Shown here piece after piece: positions 1 to 10,360 of a stretch of DNA of 31,384 nucleotides. The position numbers and the translations under genes are program-made. Position 1 is the first letter of the stretch, and each line of letters opens with the position of its first letter. A model generated the notes under the pieces. It worked only from the letters and a program-made list of their open reading frames with translations. It was not told the origin of the DNA and ran no database searches. The DNA comes from a virus (lineage: Duplodnaviria > Caudoviricetes): IMG/VR virus record IMGVR_UViG_3300036783_000060, positions 1 through 31,384 of that record; one strand, given 5' to 3'.

Positions 1-1
1 T

Positions 2-457
2 TTATTAAACGCGAACACTCTAGAGCATAATTTTAAAAAAATATCCTTCCCCCCCGATATAATTGTAACCTCTACCGATATTGAAAATTTAGTGGCAAAA
101 ATGATTTGGGGAACGAGATATCAACCTGAAGAGGATCTATTAACTCAAACAAATATTATGACGTCACTCAAACGACTGTCTAAAAGTCCAGGAACTGAAG
201 ATTTGATGCCTACTTATGAATTTTTGTGTGATATTGCTCACCCTAGCTTTATAGGGAATACAAGCTATTGGTCACATATTGAAGCCATTAATCCTGATGG
301 TTCAGAAAAAAGACTTATGTCACGCTTATCAGACCGGAACTTCAACAATGAAATCACAGATAAAACATTATGGGCCTTAGCTTGGTCCGCAGCTTGTACT
401 CAAAATGCCTTTTTAATAATGAAGAATGCAAACACCGTCTTGCTCAGCAAGATATAA
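2..457 (+). CDS. AT-rich accessory protein, 5'-partial (frame open to window edge); possible HEPN/DUF5677-like
   Basis: No stop codon from nt 2 to the stop at 457. The YEFLCDIAHP motif resembles the Y..LS...H signature of HEPN-related DUF5677-type proteins (recall, weak). Confidence 0.5.
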   Translation, partial: LLNANTLEHNFKKISFPPDIIVTSTDIENLVAKMIWGTRYQPEEDLLTQTNIMTSLKRLSKSPGTEDLMPTYEFLCDIAHPSFIGNTSYWSHIEAINPDGSEKRLMSRLSDRNFNNEITDKTLWALAWSAACTQNAFLIMKNANTVLLSKI

Positions 458-489
458 AAACAGAATAAAATGCCATTATTGGATACACG

Positions 490-513
490 GCCCGCCTACG
501 AGCGGGCTTATTT
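490..513. terminator. Hairpin between convergent genes
   Basis: GCCCGC-ctacga-GCGGGC followed by ttattt. Confidence 0.4.
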
Positions 514-647
514 GAGTTATACTCCACTCACTATTTAGCTCACTATAACGTTAGATAGTTTCTCTTTCGTCACTTTACCAAGCATTCTATTGAATATTGC
601 TCAGAACAGCAAAACCCCAGATAAGTCTTAAGTAAAACAAATTAATT

Positions 648-3600
648 TCACTTATTAAAATACGGATTAACTCTCTCGACCGCCTGTTGCACCAGTTTAT
701 TTCGCTGGGTCATAAAGCGGTCAATCCGTTCCCTCTTCTGCTCGGCCGTCAGAATACGATCAATGCGCACCAGCTCAATCCGGTTATTCAACTGGCGGAG
801 CTCTGTCTGCGTCGCCGTTAATCCCTTCCGTTGTGACAACTTATCCCTGTTTTCCGCCTGCAGCTCTTGAGCATCTTCAATTCGCCCCTGCTTACGATAC
901 GAATTAATGGTGCTGTTGATCTGATTTACCTGCGTCATCATCCGGTAGAAGTCCTCACTGAACTGAGTAGACTTCGCTGGGTCGTCACCATAGCCACGCA
1001 ACAGTGATTTAATCACCGGCATTTCGTCCAGTCGCATAGACGCAGTTTCACCATTATCCTGCATGCCACGCATCATGATATTAGTCGCCCCCATGACATA
1101 TGCGCCTAGGCTGCCGGTGTACCCCTGAATGATGTGATCCAGCATCTTCGGTGACAGATTTGTAGCCTCACCGATTTCACGCATTAACAGGCTGGTCTGG
1201 TCGTTATATCTGGCCCCCGCAATCAGGTTACTGTCCGCCATGTTCTCGATCGGCCCACCTTTAAAGAAGTCATAATTAACATACGCTTCAGCGATCGGCA
1301 TTGCTACCTGTGGGATTGGGTTAAAGGCCATTGTCTCCATGAAGTTGTGGGCCACCAGCTTGCCAAATTTGCCTGGGCTGTCCTGCCCACCCAAAGTTCG
1401 AATAAACCGCTCCGGCAACGTACCGAACATCAGTCCAATTTCGAACGGCTTCGGCAAACGGATGTGAATACCGCCGGGCAGCCAGGCATGCCAATAGGTG
1501 TCTTTATCCCAGTCTGGCAATTCCTCATAACGTTTATCGTCCCAGTTTAGGGCCAGCAGTGCCAGAGAGGCGGCAGTAATCATGCCTCCGCGCTTGAGAA
1601 CCGATTTCGGATCTTCTTTAATCGCCCTGCCCAACTTACTCAGTCCCTGCATACGGGCGTTAAAGAACGGCAGCATGTCACTAAGGTTAATCATGATCTT
1701 GCTGGCACCCATCATGCTGAAGTCCATCAGGTCACGCGATTCAAACGCAGCCTGCGCCTTACCTTTGCCAGATTTAATAGCCGCTTCATAAGTAGCCAGG
1801 CGATTGGCATTCTCCGCTGCTTCACTGAGGTGACGGTACTTCTCAAGCCCAGATCCCAATTTATCCATGACATCCTTGCCACTTTTAACGATTGACGACT
1901 CGAATTCTTTGATCTGGCTGTCGTTATACCCTTTTCGGCGTAGCACGCCACGGATTGAACGCGCAGTCGATGCCGGATCATAAACGTTGGAATAAAGCTC
2001 CGGGTCATTGACCTGTACCAGTTGCTCTTTGCCATCAGTGAAAACCTTAACCACATCTTTTCCGATACGCTCAAATTCCATTTTGTTCGGGGACTCGATC
2101 ACCTCTAACATGCCAGTGTCAGCCAGGTTAACCACGGCACGACGCATCGCCTCATTCTTCATCGAGGCATCCACTGACTTGGCCACGTAATTGAACAGAT
2201 TCTCAATCGGATCCTTGATTGTCAGGTCGCTTCCTTTAAGTTTGCGGACAGTACTGCTTTGGTTGGCGATGCCACGCGTACTCCATGGCCCTTTCACATC
2301 GCCGTTTTCCGCTTCACGGTAATAAGGCAAATACCAGGCGCTTTCCCAGTTGGCTCGACTGTCCGGATCAATAAGGCCCATATCCTGCTGCAGATCCAAA
2401 ATCGACTTAATGAAGGCGTCATATTTTTTCTTCTGAGCGTCAAACAGCACCTCATTGCCCTTATTCAGCCCCTTCATATAGGCGATCTCGTCGGCCGTGA
2501 AGTTGTTTTCTTTCCCTTCGGCCATCAGTCGCTCAGACCGGTGACCAGCAATCCACTTAATGAAGTTTTCGCGATGATTACCAAGGGCGTCCAGAATGCC
2601 CATCAGCGCATCCTCTTTACCCGTTCCCGCCTGTCGCTCTACGACACCATCGGCTTTATTGTATTTGGGCAGGCCGTGCTCCAGAGTCGCCGCAGTGACT
2701 GAGCCAGCACCAGCAGCCATACGCGCCCCAATGTATGCCGAAGATCGGGCATCTGATTTACCAGCTGCGTCTTCCGCATACTTTAACGGCGCCATACCGT
2801 CGAAGGTCTTGGTGTTTAATTTGCGGCCCATCTCCTGCAGCCAGCTTTTCAGCTCTGTTCTGTCCTTCGATTTCACCATGCCGTAAAAGTCTTTGGCCTT
2901 TTCGACCTTCCCTTTTTCGACGTTGAACCCCATTTTCCTGTTGGTGATCTCGTCCATGGTGGCTTCACCAGTACGGGAGTACAGCGCGGTGTTCTTGCGG
3001 ATATCATCGGGAGAGAGTATATTTTTACTTGAGCCGCTAAGGGTGTTCGCCTCGGGCAATTGGAGCCCGACTGCATGAAGCCACTTAGCGGCTTTTCCAT
3101 TATTCAGGTACAGCAGGTTGTTATCCAACTGACGCTGTAACGCTACGTTATTGTCCTTCCCGTAAACGCTCGCAATCTTATTGATCTCAGCAAACCCTGC
3201 CCCCTTTCCATTAAGATGAATGGCCGCAATCACCGGGTTGCCGTAAACATCCTTGGCCTCAACCAGCGATACGAGAGCATCCCCCTCGGTAGCAGATCGC
3301 ATCACCGCGACCGGGTCAGCAATGAGCTCAGGTAACCGCTGCATATCTTCCAATCTAACCTGGTGCGCGCGTACAGTTGGATCGGTCGCCTTGTGCACGA
3401 CAGACGCAGGCATAACCATTTCCAGATTGCGGGCACCAAGAGCCCGATATACTGCCGGAGTATCACCGAGACGCACCATGCCGCGAGGGGCGTTCTCCAT
3501 TCCGGCGATATCCTCAACTTCGGCAGCGAAATTCTTGGCGTCGTAACTGTCAGGCTTAAACGGATCCTTCCTTCCAGATGCTGAGTAAAGCGCGTCGGTG

Positions 3601-4295
3601 CGGCTGAAAGTATCGTCAAATTCCCTGCTACCTGGCTGCTCTCCTTCATACATTGCTGTACGTTTAAACCGGCCGGCAATGGAGTGCAGGATATTGCGGA
3701 TTTCAGCTGGAGTGATATCCCCCGGGTTGAAGAAACCGGCATTACGCAAGGCATTGGTGATGATGGCAACAAACCGATCCCATACATGGCCCAATCCGGT
3801 TAATTCAGAACGCTCTGCCATGTGCGCCAGAAACTCATTCGCCTGGACTTCGGGCGACTCGTTGCCGTAGGCCTTTTGCACCTGACGCCAAACAGACTGA
3901 ATTTCCGGGTTCTTGCTATCACGCGTCTGGTGAAGTACGCGGATAATACGGTCATATTCCACATCCCCGATCACTGAGGCCAGGCCATGGTGTGCCAAAA
4001 TCTCATGGCGCAACTTGGCACGCAGCTGCTTGCCGTCGGCAATATTATCGGCAACCACAATCACGCGGCTGAGCTCGGGCTGGTAAATGGCGTGCACCGT
4101 ACCAAATTCTTTCGGGATGCCATTCGGCATCATAGCCGCGGCGTCGGCCTGGTACTGAACAACCTGAACTTTGATTTTTGCCGCGCCATTGAAGCGGCGA
4201 ACCCACTGGTCAGCAATGTGCTGAGCCTGTTTGTCCCCCATCCCCTTATCCGGTTTAGCCCCGGACGCATCAAAATTGCCCTCAGAAAGGATACT
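648..4295 (-). pseudogene. N-terminally truncated large polyvalent virion protein (metallopeptidase-like HEILAHH, MuF-C-like domain, C-terminal LPD38-like domain)
   Basis: 1197-aa ORF 648-4241. The frame continues upstream of the ATG (SILSEGNFDASGAKPDKG-M) to a junction near 4292, and there is no well-spaced SD at 4241. LYSR/LYSA linkers and the LPKPFEIG...PERF motif are typical of these proteins. Confidence 0.7.
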
Positions 4296-4672
4296 TCCGT
4301 GACACTTCGACGCGGCTCAACAGCGAACAGGACTGCGACCTTTTCGAACGGACGAACAAACGCGATATGGTTCGCAGACATGACATTAAAGTCGATCCCC
4401 GCCACAAGGACTGCGCCTGGCTCATCAGGCCGTCTCAGTTGCTCGGAGAGATCGATAACATGCAAGCGCTTAACACATTTCACCAGTGAGTTTTCAGTCA
4501 ACGCATACGTCGTTCCCGGCGTTGCGTCGAGTAATGTCAGCTCTTCACGACAGAACAGCGATTCACGACAAAACGCGATAGCAGACTCAAGCACCGATTG
4601 CCGCATCATGATCTCCAGCGGCCCGTTGATGTGACGCCGGATCGCAGGCAGAAATACGTCAAGCGATGCCAT
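4292..4672 (-). pseudogene. 933W-like virion/adaptor protein, C-terminally truncated by deletion
   Basis: MASLDVFLPAIRRHINGPL...AVEPRRSVTEV, then reads out of frame into the polyvalent protein gene. Confidence 0.6.
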
Positions 4673-5121
4673 TACTCGCTATCTCCACCAGCCTGCTTAG
4701 CTTTAATTGCATCACGAACACGGATGCGGAAATCGCCAACCTTCTCTTGCGGATCCTGTTTCAGCTCCAGCTCTTCGGCTTCAATCAGCGTTGCCAACTG
4801 CACGGCGGTGAGCTTGGCGAGATCGACCTCATCATTGCCAATTTTCACGACGAAACTGTTTTCAGCTGCCAATGCGGCTAATCGCGCTTGTTCCAGACGA
4901 TCAGCTTCTGCCTGATTTTCTGCGGCGTTAGCCTTCGTTTTCATCACGCTTTCGAGGAAATCCGCTTTTACGAATACCGTAGGGTAATCAAGCAACCGAT
5001 GTGCAATAGCTGACTCGACATCAACAGGGGTAAAACGCGGGAACACCAGACGGCTGCCGGTGATCGTGTCGCGCTTTTTGTCTTTTGGCCCGATATAGGC
5101 AACTGCGATAGTTTGGGTCAT
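4672..5121 (-). CDS. Phage virion morphogenesis protein (933W-like late gene)
   Basis: 149-aa ORF with SD GGAG, YIGPK...DTITGS motif, located downstream of the capsid gene. Confidence 0.65.
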   Translation of the reverse strand: MTQTIAVAYIGPKDKKRDTITGSRLVFPRFTPVDVESAIAHRLLDYPTVFVKADFLESVMKTKANAAENQAEADRLEQARLAALAAENSFVVKIGNDEVDLAKLTAVQLATLIEAEELELKQDPQEKVGDFRIRVRDAIKAKQAGGDSE

Positions 5122-5185
5122 TGGAACGCTCCAATAAAAAAGGCCCGCACTTGGCGAGCCTCTTGGGGTTACGGGGATTAGCGGA

Positions 5186-5569
5186 TCAGTAGCCAGTAGC
5201 TACATATTTAACGTTGACCACCAGACGGCCGGCGGCATCACCACCAGAGAGCGTTGCAGTAATCTTCTCACCGCTAGCGACAGTGCTGTACGGCACAATG
5301 GGTACCACTTTCGCGACAGCAGCCGCATGACTCGCAGCGGCCACCAGCGTGGTGGTGCCGGACTTAATCGCCACCGTTACACCGGCACCCAACGCTTCAC
5401 TGACGATATCCAGTGAATAAATGCGCATGCCGATCGGCATTTCCAGCAGCTCTACCACATCGCCAGATTTTGCTGCCGACAAAATGATCTGCCCTTCTGC
5501 AATCGACAGGTTGCCCTGCGGGCCCTGATAAACAGCATCTCGCATAGATGGCGCGATAATCGTTGCCAT
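5186..5569 (-). CDS. Capsid-associated/decoration-like protein
   Basis: SD GGAGAAG before ATG 5569; Ala/Gly/Val-rich; follows the capsid gene and its terminator. Confidence 0.65.
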   Translation of the reverse strand: MATIIAPSMRDAVYQGPQGNLSIAEGQIILSAAKSGDVVELLEMPIGMRIYSLDIVSEALGAGVTVAIKSGTTTLVAAASHAAAVAKVVPIVPYSTVASGEKITATLSGGDAAGRLVVNVKYVATGY

Positions 5570-5582
5570 AGTTTTCTTCTCC

Positions 5583-5607
5583 AAAAAAAAGCAGGCCGAA
5601 GCCTGCT
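5583..5607 (-). terminator. Intrinsic terminator after the capsid gene
   Basis: AGCAGGC-TTCG-GCCTGCT hairpin followed by a T run on the minus strand. Confidence 0.75.
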
Positions 5608-5614
5608 GGTTGAA

Positions 5615-6020
5615 TTAACGGCCCAGCGTAATCGCTGAGTCCACCACCATGATGCCGTGGTCGTTCACGCGCCCGTCTTTCTGCTGGAAACGGATTTTCT
5701 TCAGGCCGTTAATCCAGCTCACAGAGATTTCAGCGCCATTGCCATGGTCAACCTTCTCTTCGTGATAACCGAAGTGGCCACCAGCTTCACCGGTACCGTA
5801 GGCATTACCCAGAGCCTGGCCGCCCAGCAACAGTGCGCGGTCAATGGTGGTACCGGCTGTTTTATTTGAAACGCTGGCCACGTTGTCGTTATTTGAAACC
5901 GCGACGGTCGAGCCGGTATTGAAGCGGATCGGCATGCCGGAGTATTTGCGGATCAGGATGTTGCGCCACATCGCGCATTCACCTTTAAACAGCGGATGAT
6001 CGAAGCCTTTCGAGCGGTTA
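5615..6020 (-). pseudogene. C-terminal fragment of an N4-gp56/DUF4043-type major capsid protein
   Basis: NRSKGFDHPLFKGECAMWRNILIRKY...DRALLLGGQAL...EEKVDHGN...GLKKIRF...DHGIMVVDSA. The N-terminal part is absent. Confidence 0.75.
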
Positions 6021-6446
6021 CCGGATCCATGTCGTACACCAGCAATGGCGGCTTACAGTGGCCTTGCGCTTTCATCGTGCTGATAGCATCGAATACGCGG
6101 CGGCCAGAAGTCAGGAACGCCTCCAGTGGTGTGCTGGGGAACTCCTGTTTCATTTCGTCGCGCTGTTCGATTTCTTTGTTGATATACCACTGGCGCTGCT
6201 CGGCGCTGAGTGTGATCTGCATCGACAGCTCAACACCGGCAAAATATTCCCTGTGGTATTTGCTGAGACGTAGGCCGGCAGCCGGTACCTGAGCCACATA
6301 CTTAGGATCCTGCCACCAGGCAAAGAAATGAAACTTCCAATCCTGCGTAGTCAGCTCGATACCAGACTGCCCCAGCTCCATTGAGCGGGTGCTCATCTCG
6401 TGGAAGTCGCCGCCGACACCCTCCGCCGTGCTTTCGATGAAGGCTA
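6015..6446 (-). pseudogene. Internal fragment of the terminase large subunit of the second phage
   Basis: AFIESTAEGVGGDFHEM (motif III region), WKFHFFAWW, MKQEFPSTPLEAFLTSGRRVFD; both ends are missing. Confidence 0.8.
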
Positions 6447-6712
6447 GCCGTTGCGCCGTCGGCGTCGACCGTGGCTGTCAGTTTGTCCTCAAGTACCGCC
6501 GTCACATCGTCGATCTGTACCTGAACCTGTGTTCTCAGCTCCGCCAGGCCGCGATCCACTTCTGCGATAGTGGTTTTCACGATAAGAATATCCGCCCGCA
6601 CCGTCCCGTATTGCGCCCACTGGTGCTCTACCGTCGCGTTGTTAGCCAGCGCATCCTGCAGGATGCCCTCAATATTGGTATCGATGTCGCCAGTAAGGCG
6701 ATCGCCGTCTTT
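6445..6712 (-). pseudogene. Distal fragment of tail tip/host-specificity protein J
   Basis: KDGDRLTGDIDTNIEGILQDALANNATVEHQWAQYGTVRADIL...LEDKLTATVDADGATA, a coiled-coil segment typical of the J C-terminal region. Confidence 0.65.
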
Positions 6713-7139
6713 AATCTACACGGGTGCCTACCTGGTCGCCGTTGTCTTCCTGTTTTAGCAGCGTCGGCCAACCAAGACGCAGGCGAACTGCTGATAATTG
6801 GGTGTTACTAACCGCACGCACCCACGGCTGAGAGGCTTTTAACTCGGTCCCTATGCTGATCTCGTTTTCGGCACCAGGCACACCCTGGATATAACTCTGG
6901 GTCTGCGTGCCCGGTCGGAACTCCCACTCAACACCGGGAAAATTCGTCGTGCTATCAGGAGACAGTAACGGCGTACCATCGAGATAAATATTCGTCCCAT
7001 CCAATCCGCCAGCAAACTCCCCTTCACCAATTGCCAACAAAATTTTTGTTCTGGCGATCGACTGGATACTGTCCGGCGACTCTGTTGGCGTATGACCACC
7101 GCCGCCACCACCTTTGCGCCCCTGAATTTTATTTTCCAT
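6711..7139 (-). pseudogene. N-terminal fragment of tail tip protein J
   Basis: IQGRKGGGGGGHTPTESPD...LAIGEGE...IYLDGTPL...FRPGTQTQ. It stops after ~142 aa, whereas J is normally >1000 aa. Confidence 0.88.
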
Positions 7140-7399
7140 GGTTTCGCCCATAAAAAAGGCCCGCCGAAGCGAGCCAAAATGATTACTGTGAAAATGTCAG
7201 GATTTACTTCGTGGTGTTGTTGAGCTTATTTTCAACAACATGCATCATCTCTAACGGAAAAATCTAAAGTACCCTGTGATTTTCAGGGACAGATACGCAG
7301 CAAAAATTGGAAGTGAAAAACACCCCCAATAAAAGATGCATTCCTTTATCAATCCGCCATGAGAAACAAAAAAATTCATTACACTCATAAGGGCCTCAC

Positions 7400-7795
7400 A
7401 TGGATGTCAACATTAGCTTAGTTATATCTTCCCTATCTCTATTCGTATCAGTAACAGCAATAGTCTCCACCTATTTCATCAACCGAAAGGTCGATTCTGA
7501 TAATACAAAAAGGAAAGAGTTCAATGAGTTAGCAGAACCCATAGTTGAATATCTGGAAAGCATGGAAGTAACTTGGCGCAGTGATGGTAACTACGTTTTC
7601 TCCCCCATGTATTGGGACGATAGAGTTTCAAAAATAAAACGGCGTCTCACCACAAGGCAGGCGAAGAAACTTGATGACCTCATCAACCAATATGAAAACG
7701 CCTTCGACACTGCTAAAAATCATCGCGACGCCAAGTCTTGTACGGTATTGGTTAAATGCTCAGAGAAGCTACGCAATTACCTGAGGGTGAGATAG
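7400..7795 (+). CDS. Moron-like membrane-anchored hypothetical protein
   Basis: 131 aa, N-terminal hydrophobic helix, AT-rich, opposite strand to the tail operon. Confidence 0.7.
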   Translation: MDVNISLVISSLSLFVSVTAIVSTYFINRKVDSDNTKRKEFNELAEPIVEYLESMEVTWRSDGNYVFSPMYWDDRVSKIKRRLTTRQAKKLDDLINQYENAFDTAKNHRDAKSCTVLVKCSEKLRNYLRVR

Positions 7796-8422
7796 TCACT
7801 GCTGGTCTTCGGCATAGATGCCGGCAGAGATAATAGCGCCACCGATCTCCCGGCTGCCCCAAAGAGCGCCGACAGGGTTACCCTGCGCCGTGGAGTTCAC
7901 CGGGCCGCCGAATGCGTATGACGGCTTATTGTCGGCGTCCTGACTGACAGAGAGGCCGCCGGGCTGCGGGGACAACATTTGGATCACGCCGCCGATCATC
8001 ATAGAGGCACCAACCATAGCAGCCATACCTGTAGCCCCACCAGCTGTAAACGCCCCCATAGCCCCAGCTGCAGTGCCGGCAGAGAAGTACATTGCGACAG
8101 CAACTAATGCGGCACCAAGGATAGTCTGAAACATTCCTGCACGCTTGCTACCAACAATAACGGGAACAATGCGAATATTATCGTTACCTTTTGTCATGGC
8201 TAGTTGGTCCTCGCTGATGTTCCGTTTACCAACGAAAACTGCGAAGGTGAGCCCTTTCTTTTCAGCTTCGAGCAAAAATCGCTCAAAGCCAGGTACTAAC
8301 CCTTTTAAAGCTCTTATCGCATGAGGAACATCGCGGGCGCGATACTTGAATTCTTTTATAAACTTTTTGCCAAGAATACCACTTAGCTCAATAGTTCTAA
8401 TGGGGATAGGGTTCAACTCCAT
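7796..8422 (-). CDS. Tail assembly protein I (lambda gpI-like)
   Basis: IRIVPVIVGSKRAGMFQTILGA...SYAFGGPVNSTAQGNPV...REIGGAIISAG. Confidence 0.92.
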   Translation of the reverse strand: MELNPIPIRTIELSGILGKKFIKEFKYRARDVPHAIRALKGLVPGFERFLLEAEKKGLTFAVFVGKRNISEDQLAMTKGNDNIRIVPVIVGSKRAGMFQTILGAALVAVAMYFSAGTAAGAMGAFTAGGATGMAAMVGASMMIGGVIQMLSPQPGGLSVSQDADNKPSYAFGGPVNSTAQGNPVGALWGSREIGGAIISAGIYAEDQQ

Positions 8423-8434
8423 ATTACCTCCAAT

Positions 8435-8457
8435 AAAAAACCCGCCGAAGCGGGTTT
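8435..8457 (-). terminator. Intrinsic terminator after the lipoprotein gene
   Basis: AAACCCGC-TTCG-GCGGGTTTTTT. Confidence 0.75.
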
Positions 8458-8464
8458 AATCTGA

Positions 8465-8824
8465 TTATAAACAATAATTTATATCTGATATAACTTCATT
8501 GTTTCTGTACTTTAAAACACCGCCAAAGGGCCTGGCCCCCTCACCACGATAAATAACGTTCGTTCCGCTCTCAGTCGGAATGAGGTCTATATAATCACTC
8601 CCATTCACCAACGCTAAGGTGACTACGTTGCCACTCGAAGGCTTTACAACTGTCTCAATCAGACGGCCATTAAATGTACGCTTATCTGATCTGTCGGTAA
8701 TACATGCCGATAGTTGCTTTTCATTTTTTTGCGACGTGAACTCTGCCGTTGTTTTCTTCGTTAACTCTGGATTTGCGCAACCACTCAAAACCAGCACAAT
8801 CAGTGGTAAAAATAATATCTTCAT
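8465..8824 (-). CDS. Lipoprotein moron between tail K and I
   Basis: Lipobox LSGC after a hydrophobic signal, AT-rich, own terminator. Confidence 0.8.
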   Translation of the reverse strand: MKILFLPLIVLVLSGCANPELTKKTTAEFTSQKNEKQLSACITDRSDKRTFNGRLIETVVKPSSGNVVTLALVNGSDYIDLIPTESGTNVIYRGEGARPFGGVLKYRNNEVISDINYCL

Positions 8825-8881
8825 ATCCCTATCCCTTGCTAAATTTGAAATATCGTAGCAGAGAGATAGTGCATGGCAAAA

Positions 8882-9595
8882 TCATGCCATCAACTCTTTA
8901 CGCCGAACAATTTTGATCGTGCGCTCTTTGAAGTACCCACCCCACGGCACCCGCTGGCTCAGTTGACCGTATAAATGGTGCAGCAGCATATTTCCCTCCA
9001 GCAAGATCCCCGCATGGTTAGGTACTGGCGATTGCACCTGCATGATCACCATGTCGCCGGGCCGCGCCTCGCCGCTGAACTCACGAAAACCGCAATCGTG
9101 CCAGTTATCCATGTAGAGGTTTTCACCTTCTTCCCACCAATGACGCTCAATGCTGTAGTTCGGCAGGGTGAGGCTATGTTCTTGACGGTAGTAGTCCATA
9201 ATCAGCGACCAGCAGTCGGCATGCCCAAGCACAAACTGGCGTCCCACCAGCGGGCGATCACCGCGTGGGTATATCGCCCTGATATCACCTTCTGGCCATG
9301 ATGCAATAACCCACGGCAACTCGTTAACATCGCACTGCAGCTGGTCCAACTCGCTCGGCTGCGTGGTGGCGCCATCGCCAGGGTGGCTATGCACAATGGC
9401 GACCACTTCGCCCCAATCCTCCGCTTCCACGTATCCTATCGGATCCAGCTCAAAATGTTCCGTTGGCTCCGCTGAGCGGTTAAGACAGGGAAAATAGCGC
9501 TCTACCCGCCCGCGCTGCGCCAGCACGCCGCAACATTCATTCGGGAACTCTCGCTCCGCATGCGCCAAGATGGCATCAATCGTTTTCTGCCGCAT
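8882..9595 (-). CDS. Tail tip assembly protein K (JAB + NlpC/P60)
   Basis: E-CCG, VHSHP...PSELD JAB motif; DCWSL...NHAGI NlpC motif. Confidence 0.93.
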   Translation of the reverse strand: MRQKTIDAILAHAEREFPNECCGVLAQRGRVERYFPCLNRSAEPTEHFELDPIGYVEAEDWGEVVAIVHSHPGDGATTQPSELDQLQCDVNELPWVIASWPEGDIRAIYPRGDRPLVGRQFVLGHADCWSLIMDYYRQEHSLTLPNYSIERHWWEEGENLYMDNWHDCGFREFSGEARPGDMVIMQVQSPVPNHAGILLEGNMLLHHLYGQLSQRVPWGGYFKERTIKIVRRKELMA

Positions 9596-9596
9596 G

Positions 9597-10352
9597 CTAC
9601 CTCCTGATCAATGACGAGCCAGGGAACCCGCCGAAATCCAGTTCGTTGTTTTCGCCAAAACGTTTTTTACAATCCACCAACAGGCCGGAACATTCATCCT
9701 TCGCCGGATCATCTGTAGGGTTGCCATCTTTATCAAATCCGCCATTTTGCCCGGCATACGCGCACCCATCGCCAGTTTTATACTGTCCCCGCATGCACCA
9801 GGTGCAAAGGGATGTGATTTGCCGCGTCGGGATACGCAGCCCCTGCAGGTCCATTGGGCTCGAAAGCGTGAACTCCACGTTTTCGTTATCTTCACCGCTT
9901 TTGCTGTCGATGTAGAAAACCTGCTTAAACTCCTGCTCAGGATCAGCCTGCGAATTACCGTCGGGGAAATTGCACGCGTCCAGATAATGCACAAAGGTAT
10001 CGTGGATTGTCACTTTGGCCTGAACCATGTCATCGAAGCGTAGGCAAAGCGCGGTGATCAGTGCATCGATATTGGAAACAACCAGTTTTGGCTGGGCTGC
10101 TGTCCCATCGCTGGCAGATTCCAGCCCCGTAATTTCGTAGGGATAAGCGCCGTACTCCTTACCCTGCCACCAAACGGTTTTTGGCTGAAGCTTCGCCTCA
10201 TCACCGGCAGCGCCGTCGATTTCAGCTGGCGTATGCGGGATTGTTTCCTTATGGAACCGCAGAACGTCGGCACCGAAAGCGGTCCCATCCACTTCAATAA
10301 AGCGGATACGGTTGCCGGGCTCCAGTTTCTGCACGTCATTGGTGATCACCAC
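9597..10352 (-). CDS. Minor tail protein L (Fe-S cluster Cys)
   Basis: WQGKEY, LSSPMDLQG..IPTRQI..LCTWC..C...C...C.KRFG...FGGFPG. Confidence 0.93.
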   Translation of the reverse strand: MVITNDVQKLEPGNRIRFIEVDGTAFGADVLRFHKETIPHTPAEIDGAAGDEAKLQPKTVWWQGKEYGAYPYEITGLESASDGTAAQPKLVVSNIDALITALCLRFDDMVQAKVTIHDTFVHYLDACNFPDGNSQADPEQEFKQVFYIDSKSGEDNENVEFTLSSPMDLQGLRIPTRQITSLCTWCMRGQYKTGDGCAYAGQNGGFDKDGNPTDDPAKDECSGLLVDCKKRFGENNELDFGGFPGSSLIRR

Positions 10353-10360
10353 CTTCCCTC

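Larger units (their letters stand above)
648..6446 (-). mobile_element. Remnant late region of a second, 933W/Stx-phage-like podovirus-type prophage
   Basis: Collinear terL fragment, N4-gp56-like capsid fragment, small virion genes and a giant polyvalent protein. This is a different morphogenesis type from the lambda-like tail genes to the right. Confidence 0.7.

Noticed and set aside
5953-6601. ORFs 5953-6396 and 6302-6601 as novel complete proteins
   Set aside because: They are chimeric read-throughs across deletion junctions of terL, J and capsid fragments.
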